Origin: a virus
DNA length: 64,000 bases
Strand: one strand, 5' to 3'
IMG/VR virus record: IMGVR_UViG_3300025104_000001
Location: 1-64,000 of that record
Shown here piece by piece: positions 53,801 to 64,000 of this stretch. Numbering within the stretch: the first letter of the stretch is position 1; each line of letters opens with the position of its first letter. The notes below the pieces were generated by a model that worked only from the letters and a program-made list of their open reading frames with translations, was not told the DNA's origin and did no database searches. A program made the translations under genes and the position numbers.

Positions 53801-54366
53801 CGGGACAAGAGCTTTATCAAATCTTTTTGGGAATGAAGCTCCATTTCACCCAGAAGTCCTATGACTATTTGACATATGGGCCTAAGCGGGTTGATGCGGC
53901 TTCAATGGGCAAATATTATGTCTTGTCTAGTGCCTTAGGACGAAAGTTTGCTACGAGAGAAGCTCTAGAGACTCGTCTGATTGCATTGTTCAAGAACAAG
54001 GTTTGCTGGCTGAACGAAATCTCGACGCCAGAAGCTGAAAAAGCTGAAGCCAAGCATCGCTCGGACCTTAACTGTTTTTCGTACAATTTTGAGAACCACT
54101 TGTCCTTGATTAAAGAGCAATATCCTGATATGATTAGTGTTGTTCGAGTGAACAACGCCTTCGAGGTTCCACCTATTGGGAGGATGCTACTGAACAAGGA
54201 AATCAATATCGAGACATACTGTGCACTTGATTATCTGTTGGACTTTTCAAGACACATCAACGATCTTGTCTGGAAGGCAGAGAAACTTAGGATTGAAAAA
54301 TACAAGGCTTTCTTCACACCAGATAAGGCCAAGATAGCGAAAATTGCCAAGCCTTTCTTCGCATAG
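53797..54366 (+). CDS. gp59: Helicase loader (gp59)
   Basis: K-x-HF...YDY-x-x-Y, I-x-x-ET, KY-x-x-F; synteny. Confidence 0.85.
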   Translation: MTGQELYQIFLGMKLHFTQKSYDYLTYGPKRVDAASMGKYYVLSSALGRKFATREALETRLIALFKNKVCWLNEISTPEAEKAEAKHRSDLNCFSYNFENHLSLIKEQYPDMISVVRVNNAFEVPPIGRMLLNKEINIETYCALDYLLDFSRHINDLVWKAEKLRIEKYKAFFTPDKAKIAKIAKPFFA

Positions 54367-54474
54367 ATATCTAGGTACATCATTGCAAACGTGGATAAAA
54401 TATGTTACACTAAACATTCAGTTGCTTACATCATGCATTTCGTGGATCATTCAATTTTTAAGGAGTAAACATTT

Positions 54475-55422
54475 ATGACAATCAATCGCTCAGCTCTTCG
54501 CCGCAGTACCGCTCAAACCCTTCTAAAGAAAATTCAAGAAGCATCAGTTAAGAAAGGCGAATCTCAAGGTTCAGACGACCGCTTTTGGCAACCCACTGTT
54601 GATAGCAACGGCAATGGTTTCGCCGTGATTCGTTTCCTTCCATCAAAGACAGAAGACACTCTTCCATTTGTCAAGACTTATAGCCATGGCTTCAAGGTCG
54701 GCTCTAAGTGGTTCATTGAAGAATGCCCTACTACAATCGGCGAGAAGTGCCCCGTTTGTGATGCAAACTCTGAACTCTGGAACAGCGGTTATGAGAACGA
54801 CAAGAAAACGGTTCGTGAGCGCAAGCGTCGCCTACGTTTCGTGAGCAATATCATGGTTATCAAGGATCCCAAAAATCCTGAAAACGAGGGCAAGATCTTC
54901 CTGTTCGGTTATGGTCAGAAGATCTATGACAAGCTAGTGACCGCCATGAATCCCCCAGAAGAATACGGCGAGGATCCTCGTGACCCATTCGGCTTTTTCG
55001 ATGGCTGTGTGGTCAAGCTGAAAATCAAGAACAAGGACGGCTATCGTAATTATGATGACACTACAGTTGAACCCGCATCAGACTTGTATGACGGTGACGA
55101 AGAAAAGCTGATGGAAGTCCTAGAGAAGATGTATGACCTCAGTGAATTCACCGATCCTAAGAAGTTCAAGTCCTATGAGCAGTTGAAGACTCGTTTTTCA
55201 CAAGTGTTAGGTGAAGATGCTCCTGCAAAACAGGACAACGATGAAGACGACGCTCCTCGTAGCACAGGTCGTGAATACGGCGCTGCTGCAAGACATAAGG
55301 ACGAGACTCCTCCGTGGGATGATGAAGAAAAGCCTAAGGCTAAGGTTGACTCCAAGCCAAAGGCAGCTGTTGAAGATGACGATGATTTGGCATTCTTCAA
55401 GTCGCTCGCTGAAGACGAATAA
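54475..55422 (+). CDS. gp32: Single-stranded DNA-binding protein (gp32)
   Basis: DDRFW, AVIRFLP, H-x-F, CP-x-T...CPVC, NYD, acidic tail ending FFKSLA. Confidence 0.97.
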   Translation: MTINRSALRRSTAQTLLKKIQEASVKKGESQGSDDRFWQPTVDSNGNGFAVIRFLPSKTEDTLPFVKTYSHGFKVGSKWFIEECPTTIGEKCPVCDANSELWNSGYENDKKTVRERKRRLRFVSNIMVIKDPKNPENEGKIFLFGYGQKIYDKLVTAMNPPEEYGEDPRDPFGFFDGCVVKLKIKNKDGYRNYDDTTVEPASDLYDGDEEKLMEVLEKMYDLSEFTDPKKFKSYEQLKTRFSQVLGEDAPAKQDNDEDDAPRSTGREYGAAARHKDETPPWDDEEKPKAKVDSKPKAAVEDDDDLAFFKSLAEDE

Positions 55423-55433
55423 TTAGCTGCCAT

Positions 55434-56863
55434 ATGGATAAAGATACCCTTGTTAACTTAAGTGTGCCTTCAATTGCAAAAAGGCCAGATGCTCAAAAGG
55501 CTCTGGCCTTTTTTACAGATTACCTACCAGAAGGTTCTTCGCTATCAGAGCGACATTACTGTTTGAAGAATTCACTTAAAGCTAGGCCAAAATGTGAGGT
55601 TTGTGGATCCGAGGTAAATTTCCAGCTAGGTAAATACAATCGTTTCTGCTCTAGGAAATGCAGCATTGCTTTTTACAAGAATGATGCTTCGATAAAGAAA
55701 AAGATTTCAGAATCAAATAAGAGATCAGCCGAGCAGGCTAAAGAAAAAAGAAAAGAAACCAATCTTAAAAGATACGGCGTCGAGTGTACTTTTACTACGA
55801 TTAACAATGACCGAAAAGCTAAGGGTCTAGTTTCTCCGTCTGTCTCCAAGAATGCGGATGTTTCTTCATTGCTGAGCGAATCCGTTCTGAGGGAAATGCA
55901 TCATGAGAAGAAGCTAAATTTGGTTGAGATTGCAAACGAACTGGGTGTTACCGAAAGGGCGATCTGGAATAGATTGAAGATGTTCTCAATAGAACAAATG
56001 TACTGGGGTGGTTCTTCTCTTGAGACTAGAATTTGCGACTTTCTAGAAGGCCTTGACGTGCAGTTCAAGAGGAATTACAAACCCGATTTTCTACAAGATA
56101 AAGAGATCGACATCTGGATTCCCGAATCTAAACTAGGAATAGAGATAAACGGCCTCTATTGGCATAGCGAACATAAAAGACCCAAAACATATTATCATGA
56201 TAAAGCCAAGACATGTCTTAACAACGGTGTCAGATTGATTCAATTTTGGGAGCATGAAATCATAGAAAAGGAAAAATTGGTCTTTTCTATGATTAGGAAT
56301 GCTGTTGGTAGGTCAGAAATAAAATTGAGTGCCAGAGACTGCATTGTTGTGGAGTCAACCAAAGCCGACAGAGAAACCATTAGAACATTCCTAGACGAAA
56401 ACCATCTAAAGGGCTATCATCATTATTCAAGGGCGTTTCTTTTAAAGAACAAAGATGGCGAGATTCTTTCAACCATGACCTTTTCAAAGCCGAGATTTTC
56501 GAAGAGTTCTGGGCTAGAATTGATTAGGTTTTGTTCAAAAATGAACACCACAATTCGAGGCGGGCCAGTAAATTGTGGAAACATTGTACATCTGTTCTTG
56601 AGTCTGATATAATGACCTATGCGGATTTGAGGTACTCTACAGGAAGCATTTACCGAGATGTGTTTGGTATGAAATTTGAAGGCGTAACATCACCTGGATT
56701 CTTTTGGGCAAATAGTAAACTAGAAACCAGGAATCGACTAACACTGATCAATCAGATCGTAAGAAATGAAGGTGAAACCCAGGAGGCCGCTGCCAGGAGA
56801 CTCGGGTGGTTTAAGGTTTTTGATTGCGGTAATCTGAAATTTTCCTCTAAGCGAGAAAGCTAG
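55434..56863 (+). pseudogene. Hef-like homing endonuclease with a 1-nt frameshift near 56573
   Basis: EIDIWIP...IEING-x-YWHS, NHL-x-G, EL-x-RFC, then GG|ASKL, YAD-x-R-x-S-x-G, FDCG in the second frame. Confidence 0.85.
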
Positions 56864-56917
56864 GCAACTAGCCCTTTTTGCTTTATAATGTAGGCTATTA
56901 CTTCGGAGGGTAGACTC

Positions 56918-57799
56918 TTGATCTTAATTGACCTATCTCAGACCCTTTTCTCGGTTATTTTTCAGAACCAGAAGAATGGCGTCAACAAAGACTTGGCACG
57001 TTCCATGATCTTTATGACGTTGCTCTCATATCGCAAACAGTTCGGTTCGAAGTATGGTGCCCCTGTTCTAGCGATTGACTCCAAGACTGGATATTGGCGT
57101 CGAGAAATTTTCGAGCATTACAAGGCCCATCGTAAGAAGGCACGAGAGGCCTCAGACATTGATTGGGATGCATTCTTTGACATTGCAAACACGGTGACAG
57201 CCGAGATTCGTGAGTGTATTCCTTGGAAAACGATCTATGTGGACAAAGCAGAGGCAGACGACATCATTGCAGTTCTGGCAATGAAGTATGGCGACATGCC
57301 CACCTTGATTGTGTCATCGGACAAGGATTACAAACAACTGCACTACAAGAAAGGCGTAGCACAATATTCGCCCATTATGAAGAAATGGATTACGACCGAT
57401 GATCCTAAGAAGGATTTGGTTGAACTGATTCTGACGGGTGACGCAGGCGACGGCATCCCTAACATTCGTTCTGACGCAGATTCGATTGTTAAGGGCAAAC
57501 GTCAAAAGCCGATCTCTCAGAAGTTCAAGGATGAGTTCCATGCAAACCCGGCACGCATTTATCGTGACCACAAGGAACGATATGACCTGAATGAAAAGTT
57601 GATTGATTTCACCAAAATCCCTGAGCACATCCAACAAGCCATCCTTGCAGAGTTTGACAAGAAGCCAGTCGGCTCTATAAATAAACTATATCAGCTTTTC
57701 GTGGCACACAAAATGCCTCGTATGCTATCAGACATCGAACTCTTTAAGGTGAAGGAATCAGACTATGCCGTTTGTGCAGAAGGCAGTTTTTTCCAGTAA
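56918..57799 (+). CDS. rnh: RNase H / 5'-3' exonuclease
   Basis: WRR...YK-x-x-R, EADD, SSDKDY-x-QL, GD-x-x-DGIPN. Confidence 0.95.
   Translation: MILIDLSQTLFSVIFQNQKNGVNKDLARSMIFMTLLSYRKQFGSKYGAPVLAIDSKTGYWRREIFEHYKAHRKKAREASDIDWDAFFDIANTVTAEIRECIPWKTIYVDKAEADDIIAVLAMKYGDMPTLIVSSDKDYKQLHYKKGVAQYSPIMKKWITTDDPKKDLVELILTGDAGDGIPNIRSDADSIVKGKRQKPISQKFKDEFHANPARIYRDHKERYDLNEKLIDFTKIPEHIQQAILAEFDKKPVGSINKLYQLFVAHKMPRMLSDIELFKVKESDYAVCAEGSFFQ
57676..57683 (+). promoter_or_regulatory. Late promoter TATAAATA inside rnh, upstream of the next gene
   Basis: Exact consensus. Confidence 0.55.
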
Positions 57800-58253
57800 T
57801 GGAATTTCCCAGGACCTAGTGGCATTGCTAGGTTCATACGGCGAAACACAAGTCAAAAAGGCTTTTGAGACGGCCAAGAATCCAGAGTATTTGATTGGCT
57901 TGATGAAGGAGGTCCTTTCATACAAGTTCATTGAACTGCCAGAAGGTAGTTATAAAAACAGCACTACCAAGGTGCCTTATCAGTCTATGGAAAGGGCATT
58001 GAAGCAGTTGAAATATTTTACTGTGGATTCGCCTTATTACGCCGATGAGCAAACAAAGTGGCGAAAGCTCTCGATCCTTTTGGAAAGCGTCACCTTTGTA
58101 GAAGCAGAGGCTATAATGAAATTGATCACCGGTGCATATGATGTTGCATCTGTCAAAGCCTTTCTCTACCCTCCCAAGAAGAAGAAAGAAGTTATCAGGA
58201 CGACAGAGGAAACAGAACCACTAAGTCAGACGTTTGTTGTCGATTCCGAGTAA
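57765..58253 (+). CDS. Conserved T4-like hypothetical protein
   Basis: LPEG, L-x-YF, LLES-x-x-x-x-EA pattern; follows rnh. Confidence 0.7.
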   Translation: MPFVQKAVFSSNGISQDLVALLGSYGETQVKKAFETAKNPEYLIGLMKEVLSYKFIELPEGSYKNSTTKVPYQSMERALKQLKYFTVDSPYYADEQTKWRKLSILLESVTFVEAEAIMKLITGAYDVASVKAFLYPPKKKKEVIRTTEETEPLSQTFVVDSE

Positions 58254-58256
58254 GAA

Positions 58257-58282
58257 CAAAAAGCCCCTTTCGGGGCTTTTTC
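58257..58282. terminator. Bidirectional intrinsic terminator
   Basis: AAAAAGCCCC-TTTC-GGGGCTTTTT. Confidence 0.9.
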
Positions 58283-58294
58283 TACGTCCCTTTC

Positions 58295-61200
58295 TTAATC
58301 ATGCAACGCTATTACGGTTCCGGTGATTGTCTTGCCTACGTCAGCTGGATGGAATCTTAATGTTCCGTGCTGATGCAAATAAACCTCACCTTGTAGTGGC
58401 AATGCTTCCGCTTGATAGTTAGAGCGGTTCTTCGTTGTCGGGACTCCGTTCAATTGAATCTTGAAGTCTGATCCCCAATATGAATCCACCGCCAAGAACT
58501 TAGGATGGAATGAACCATTTGCAAAAGCCACTGACCCTACCCTGGAGATATAATCAGATCCGTTTTGGACAATTTCAACTGAAGGTGAAATCAATGGTCT
58601 ATTGATTTTATCGGATGAAGGTCTTTCTTGCCACATTGCAATATAGTGAATACCTGCATGGTCGGTGTAACTAAACTGATTATTAGACCAAAAAATACCG
58701 TTAGTCGTACTAGTATCAATGAAAATATTAGTTCCAACCTTACGGAACCGAACAGCATTTATGTTCGATCCTAGGTTTCCGTTCGACCAAACATCCATCC
58801 ATCTCTGGAATAATAGAGTGTCATTTGCACCAGCCAAGAATCTATAGCCGATGTCTGTCAGGTTGTTGATGACAGGTGCGCTAGTGATACCGAATACCAA
58901 TGATGGGCGCCCATAGTCTCTCATTCTAAACCATGATGGAATGTCGCGGAATACCACAACCCAATCACCAACCAATTCTTTCCTGGCGACGATTCCGCCT
59001 TGCAAGTAGTTACCCGGGAACTTCAAACGAGCACCCGAATAGTCGTTACCACTATTCTGGAATGGCTTATTGGGTAAAGGACTGATGTTGCCGTTGTAAC
59101 GGTCGATACCTTTTGTGATTCTTAGGTTGCTCATATAGCCACGGAAACCGCGCCAGTTGCCACCGAAGTTCTCACTATCCTGTAACCACATGTTCTCAAG
59201 GGAACCGGAAGGTGTATATGTGCCAGGTGTTGTGCCTGAATTCAACATAGCACCCCAAACGTAGCATGCTTCTTCAGTTCCGTTACCAGCCCAGCTTGTT
59301 GTTGGGTTTGTCGAACCTGTTGGACCCCAAGCAAAATATCTTGACACGTTGTTGGAGTTCTCTGTTGCGGTCACCCACAAGCGAACCCAACCGTTGGTCA
59401 AAACTTCTCGTCCCACAGTATGACCTGACCCAACAGTCACAAAGGTGTCGGTGTCAAAATCATACACTGAACGAGTGTCAGTATTGTTGATGCCGGTTCT
59501 CAACATGAAGTAACGACGAGTGCCCTTCTTAGCAAAGATGCTTGAAGTGTATGTGCCTTGTTGCAATGTCTTATACTGATAGAAGTTGTGAACATCAATA
59601 TTTGTGGTGTTAGGGATGAAAGCCTCCGCACTCATAACACCTGATGGGTTCGGATACTTAGTAACAGGTATAGAACCGTTTTGGAGTGTCCAGGTTGTGG
59701 TTCGTGCAAAGCGCTTACCAATATGCAATGGTCTGGTTGAAGGAAAGCCTGTTGAATCTGTCCATGTAGCAACAGATGTGCCGTTCAATGTCATTTCCCA
59801 ATTGTTGTTCGCCTTGCGAACAAGAGTAACAAAGTTCCAAGAATCAGGAATAACCGATGGGCCCGTCTGACCGAAAGTGGTGCTTCCATTCCACCATGCC
59901 AATTGGCCCTGAGTGTTTAGTGACAATGCGCCTATTTCATTTGCCGCACCTCGGAAGTCAACTAGAATCTGTTCCGTTACATTGTAGTTTGTAGGATAAA
60001 TCCACAATTCCAAGGTGAAGTTTCCAGATCCCATTGAATAACGGGTTTGTGAGGCATAGAAAATACCGCTTTCACCATCAAAGTAAGTAGTTGGTTTAGA
60101 TTCACCTGTGCCAGACCAGACAATAGGAACGTCTGAAGATGGCGCTAGTTCACCTTCAATAGCGGTCGGTGGTTGATTCCACTTCTCATCCTTCATACCA
60201 TAATCGCCCGCTTTCTCGAAGTAGTTTAGATACACCACATAGGGGTAGTAGACGTCACCATCTAACACTATAGGCTGTCCGTCATAAGTTGTATCTGGTA
60301 GAGCATCGATGTTCCAGTCCACATTAATGTCTGGGCTGTTCAAAATACCAATTTGATGTGAGCGGTCATACAGCTGAACCGTAGGCGGCGTGAATGTTGT
60401 AACCACCTCTTTTGGTTTGTAGTAAACAGTATCCCTAATCCACATCTTTGAGGAGTTATCTTTGTAATATCCGTCAAAGCAAGTGAATGTATATTGGTCA
60501 GTAGCCACAAAAGATGTGGTAGATGCCGGACCGTTCTCAAACCGTAGACTTATTCCTTTGATGAAGGGTTCGGTTGTAGTATGACCTGTCTTAGAACCAG
60601 GATGATTCTTAACCCAATTTCCACCATCCCAACCCCATAAGGTGGAGTTGAAGGTTTTCCACTGCTTTGAGCTGCCTATGAATTCATGAACACACCAGTA
60701 CAAATAGTAGTGGTTGTAAAAAAGATCTGTTGCTAAAAATCCCAATACTCTGTTCTTACCGATGAAGCAGCAGTTAGTTGCATAAATGTCGCTGTTTGTT
60801 GATCTGTCGGCGTTTTCTACCCAATCTAACATTGCTGTTCTTGATTCATTATGGGCAATGTCAATTACAGCTGGCCCGGTTGATTTAATACCGGGAATAT
60901 AAGCGAACTCTCTATATTCACCAAAATCTGAATCCCATTCATATGCATATTCAATATGACGATACCAGATGCGGTTATAGCCTGAATTTGAGCCAGGTTT
61001 CAAGCGCATGTTCACTCGAGTAGCACCTGCATTGTGTTGGAAAGGAATATACAATACGGTATCAACGTTTATTGCATATTGGGTTGTTCCTGAAATGCCC
61101 GGAGACCGGCTGGTGTATGTGTAGTATGAACCAGAACCCGAACTCCAATCATTCAAGAACATCCACTTATTTTCCAACCGAGAAACAATCATGCTCTGGT

Positions 61201-63100
61201 GACGGTTAGAATTGCGAACAAACGCCAACTGATTTCTGAGTGTGGAGTTTGTAATACCTGTCACGTTTGCTGAAATTTGGTCATACCAACAACCTGCAGT
61301 TGTGGAACCATCATTCACATCTGTGCGCTGTAATAGAAGAATCTGGGCATCGCCGTTACGAACATCTCGGTGTGGATTTACTATCAACCTTGAACAAAAT
61401 CTCCATTTGGAGTTAGTCCCTCCTTCATCAAAATTAGAGAACGAAGGATAGTTGATGATGACGTTAACCCATGTCTGGCCGCCATCAGTTGTGTAGTGAA
61501 GACCTAGGCCCCAGAAGATAGCATAAACGTTTCCGAAATTATCAACGTCTAAAGCATATACCTTAGATTGGCAACCGGGTGGCGCGCCTATATGAACCAG
61601 AGTTGTTTCTGTTTCTGTGATTGTCAGTTTCCACAAACCTGTAGATGCACATGCAACCCAGATGTTGCCGTAAGTGTCAACCTTAACGTCTTGGATGTTT
61701 GTCACAGCCAGGGACGGTGTGGTTGTGGCATCCCAAGACTCAATCTTGCCATAGTAAATGTCATATATCGTAATGCCTGTTTTATCGTAAGTGATAAAGG
61801 CCCTGTCCTCAATCCATTTTCTAACACCCGCATAATATTGGACATGCACATGGTCTGGTCTAGAATACATTATATTCTTAAGGATGTTGTCATATGTGTA
61901 CTGGGCGCCATTTGTCCAGTATTGTGAGGAGTCACGATAGGCATAAGGCAGCAGGTTCAAAATCGCGTCAGGTGATCTATGATACTCTCGGACGTTGTAT
62001 TTCATATCCGAGGCTAATTCTCCTGTCTGCGTGATATAAGCAACAAATTTTGAAGGGAAAGGTTGTTTGATTTCCGCGCCGTTCCATTGGCCTGATGCAT
62101 ACATGCGACCAGAACCCAAGGGAAAGAAGGCGGGGTCAAAGTAGTTAGAGTTCGAACTCGAAGCAGTGCCGAATACGTTACCTATGCCCGTGAAACCTTC
62201 AGGACCGCCAATCTCGGGTGTGAATTTGTCAGGGTGTAGGAGAGACACCATGTAACTAATTCGAGTACGACCCGCGCGAATAACGGTGTTCAAGAAAGTA
62301 TCTTGAATTTGATTATATTGGTTAGGGATATTATCCGGATAGTTGTAAATCTTACGAGCAGAGTACAAAGAAAGATTCAATCCATTTGGATGAACTGTTT
62401 CCTTAGAACCCAGTGAAACATATCCGCCGCTTAGAAAATTGACGTATCCGTTTGCACCCAAATCCTGTTCAATTCGGAATGGATACAATTGAATGTTGTC
62501 GTTTTGATAGAAGCGCTTTGGATTTCTATCTACGTCCAAAAGAAACTGTTCTTTAACCCAATCGTTGTTTGTTGTATCTGTCTCATCTTCAACAAGAATC
62601 AAACGATAGTAAACGTTCAAATATTCAGTGGGTGATTGATAGCAAGGTGGCGACAAATTAATTGCTGTTTTTGCATGGCTAGAATATATCCAACTTGTAT
62701 AACCAACATAAGGTAGTTGATTGTCACCTATGTTGTAACTAATTAGACAAATACAACTAATTGCTGCCGTTGAAGCAGGTGGTGGGAATAGGGAATAATA
62801 TTCCCAATATGCGGGAGATTCGGTTGTTTTTGGAAAGTATTTTTTTAGAGCTGTGCCAGTGGGCGCGTAACCTGTATAAAAGGCACTATTCTCTAGATTT
62901 CCGTAATACGGACTATACCTATTTACCATAGGATAGGTTTCGCTTCCTCTATAGAGGATGGCAAGTCGTTGAATAACAGTCTCGCCTTGAAATAGGTCAA
63001 TATATTTGTCGAGAAAGATGAAATTGTCTCTTTCTTCAACTCGCTTTTCGCCGGTATTAACATCAACGAATTCAAAAATTGCTTTACCTTTGACTTGCAT
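58295..63100 (-). CDS. Large virion/receptor-binding protein with beta-propeller-like repeats and a LamG/ConA-like domain
   Basis: D-x-x-GN-x-W and TTDGG-x-TW repeats; FTLELWIYP...W-x-x-V-x-LVR...GY-x-SNLRITKG. Confidence 0.75.
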   Translation of the reverse strand: MQVKGKAIFEFVDVNTGEKRVEERDNFIFLDKYIDLFQGETVIQRLAILYRGSETYPMVNRYSPYYGNLENSAFYTGYAPTGTALKKYFPKTTESPAYWEYYSLFPPPASTAAISCICLISYNIGDNQLPYVGYTSWIYSSHAKTAINLSPPCYQSPTEYLNVYYRLILVEDETDTTNNDWVKEQFLLDVDRNPKRFYQNDNIQLYPFRIEQDLGANGYVNFLSGGYVSLGSKETVHPNGLNLSLYSARKIYNYPDNIPNQYNQIQDTFLNTVIRAGRTRISYMVSLLHPDKFTPEIGGPEGFTGIGNVFGTASSSNSNYFDPAFFPLGSGRMYASGQWNGAEIKQPFPSKFVAYITQTGELASDMKYNVREYHRSPDAILNLLPYAYRDSSQYWTNGAQYTYDNILKNIMYSRPDHVHVQYYAGVRKWIEDRAFITYDKTGITIYDIYYGKIESWDATTTPSLAVTNIQDVKVDTYGNIWVACASTGLWKLTITETETTLVHIGAPPGCQSKVYALDVDNFGNVYAIFWGLGLHYTTDGGQTWVNVIINYPSFSNFDEGGTNSKWRFCSRLIVNPHRDVRNGDAQILLLQRTDVNDGSTTAGCWYDQISANVTGITNSTLRNQLAFVRNSNRHQSMIVSRLENKWMFLNDWSSGSGSYYTYTSRSPGISGTTQYAINVDTVLYIPFQHNAGATRVNMRLKPGSNSGYNRIWYRHIEYAYEWDSDFGEYREFAYIPGIKSTGPAVIDIAHNESRTAMLDWVENADRSTNSDIYATNCCFIGKNRVLGFLATDLFYNHYYLYWCVHEFIGSSKQWKTFNSTLWGWDGGNWVKNHPGSKTGHTTTEPFIKGISLRFENGPASTTSFVATDQYTFTCFDGYYKDNSSKMWIRDTVYYKPKEVVTTFTPPTVQLYDRSHQIGILNSPDINVDWNIDALPDTTYDGQPIVLDGDVYYPYVVYLNYFEKAGDYGMKDEKWNQPPTAIEGELAPSSDVPIVWSGTGESKPTTYFDGESGIFYASQTRYSMGSGNFTLELWIYPTNYNVTEQILVDFRGAANEIGALSLNTQGQLAWWNGSTTFGQTGPSVIPDSWNFVTLVRKANNNWEMTLNGTSVATWTDSTGFPSTRPLHIGKRFARTTTWTLQNGSIPVTKYPNPSGVMSAEAFIPNTTNIDVHNFYQYKTLQQGTYTSSIFAKKGTRRYFMLRTGINNTDTRSVYDFDTDTFVTVGSGHTVGREVLTNGWVRLWVTATENSNNVSRYFAWGPTGSTNPTTSWAGNGTEEACYVWGAMLNSGTTPGTYTPSGSLENMWLQDSENFGGNWRGFRGYMSNLRITKGIDRYNGNISPLPNKPFQNSGNDYSGARLKFPGNYLQGGIVARKELVGDWVVVFRDIPSWFRMRDYGRPSLVFGITSAPVINNLTDIGYRFLAGANDTLLFQRWMDVWSNGNLGSNINAVRFRKVGTNIFIDTSTTNGIFWSNNQFSYTDHAGIHYIAMWQERPSSDKINRPLISPSVEIVQNGSDYISRVGSVAFANGSFHPKFLAVDSYWGSDFKIQLNGVPTTKNRSNYQAEALPLQGEVYLHQHGTLRFHPADVGKTITGTVIALHD

Positions 63101-64000
63101 TTAGCCCCCAATTTGTCCTGTTGATAGGTCCACGTATTCCTGTATGAAGTATATATTAGGGTTGCCGCCACCGTGGGTTATAGAAGCAACATCTTCTGGA
63201 GTTAAGAATATTCTTGTAATTTCTTCATATTTTTGAGAGTACCATATGTTTTTGTTTGCATTCTGACTTATGCCGTAAACATCACTATCCGGAATACAAT
63301 ACACCGGAAATGATTCTGTTGTTTCTAATAATGAATAAACGTTAGATGACGCTTTAGGCCCATCCAACATTGCATGATCTGCAATGTTCAAATAAGGCAT
63401 CCTGTTATCAAAATGCGCTTGGAAAGGAATTATGTAATTTTCCTTTTCCAACATGGCTCTTGGACGATTGCCGATTCCACTAGAATCTGCGTTCTTATAC
63501 TCAACTTCAATGAAGAATTCATTTTCCTTTTTGCTAATGCAATGGATAGGAATTCTATATACTTCTGAATACTTGAATGGGTTTAGTAATAAATGAGGTT
63601 CTTGATTTCCACCAGGATAATCAACAATCCGCATTTTATCCAATGAGATATGGCCGCTTGGTGATTTAATCCAGACGCTAATTTTCACAATGTCTTTCAG
63701 GTCGTGGTCGAACGTGAAAGTCATATCAACCGTACCACGTCTCAATTCCTCATCTGTTAAGTTGAAATCTGTAGTTGTCAAGAATACAGCATAACAAGGA
63801 TCCTCAGGCACACTAGGTATGACCCATGACCTGTTATTAGACATTTCATATACTTGTCTAATGATGCTAGCTTTAGGATATCCGAAAATTACCCTGCCTC
63901 GCAAATGACTGATTGAATCAGTGAATTGCATGTTCTGGCCCAATTCAAACACTGTAGTGATAATAACACCACTTTGGCTTGAAATGGTCATGTTGCCGAT
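63101..64000 (-). CDS. Hypothetical, probably virion protein; may extend beyond the window
   Basis: Open frame to the window edge; abuts the 1601-aa gene. Confidence 0.6.
   Translation of the reverse strand: MGNMTISSQSGVIITTVFELGQNMQFTDSISHLRGRVIFGYPKASIIRQVYEMSNNRSWVIPSVPEDPCYAVFLTTTDFNLTDEELRRGTVDMTFTFDHDLKDIVKISVWIKSPSGHISLDKMRIVDYPGGNQEPHLLLNPFKYSEVYRIPIHCISKKENEFFIEVEYKNADSSGIGNRPRAMLEKENYIIPFQAHFDNRMPYLNIADHAMLDGPKASSNVYSLLETTESFPVYCIPDSDVYGISQNANKNIWYSQKYEEITRIFLTPEDVASITHGGGNPNIYFIQEYVDLSTGQIGG

Noticed and set aside
56560-56585. Programmed frameshift in the Hef-like endonuclease
   Set aside because: No slippery heptamer; a single missing G in a G-run explains it

Overview
A 64-kb segment of a lytic T4-like myovirus genome, probably infecting a proteobacterium. 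Core T4-type modules: head/tail genes gp23-22-21-68-67-20-19-18, a VrlC-like virion protein and gp8 (minus strand); gp55-47-46-ClpP-45; gp33-59-32-RNaseH; gp61 primase; RuvC-like resolvase; nucleotide metabolism (nrdA, thioredoxin, thyX, dCMP deaminase, PseT); a tRNA cluster; TATAAATA late promoters and TAGACA-N16/17-TATAAT early-type promoters. Accessory highlights: (1) a 7-deazaguanine pathway (folE, queE, queC, TGT/DpdA-like) whose DpdA gene follows the sliding clamp gene in an overlapping run with a HAD hydrolase, a PRTase and a glycosyltransferase; DpdA ends in a clamp-binding-like peptide, suggesting a replication-coupled and possibly glycosylated base modification. (2) A Ro/TROVE-like DUF2828 gene with a covarying ncRNA motif in three copies, one tRNA-like. 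(3) Late-expressed enzymes with capsid-targeting-like N-termini (Pol-beta-type nucleotidyltransferase, KxDG ligase-like protein, Dps). (4) One small beta-domain inserted in capsid, sheath and VrlC proteins. (5) A D-arm-less tRNA-like RNA and inverted-repeat-flanked tRNAs. (6) A TnpB-less IS200/IS605-type remnant. (7) GC-rich decaying islands and several single-base lesions in accessory genes. All family calls come from motif recognition by eye, not database searches.
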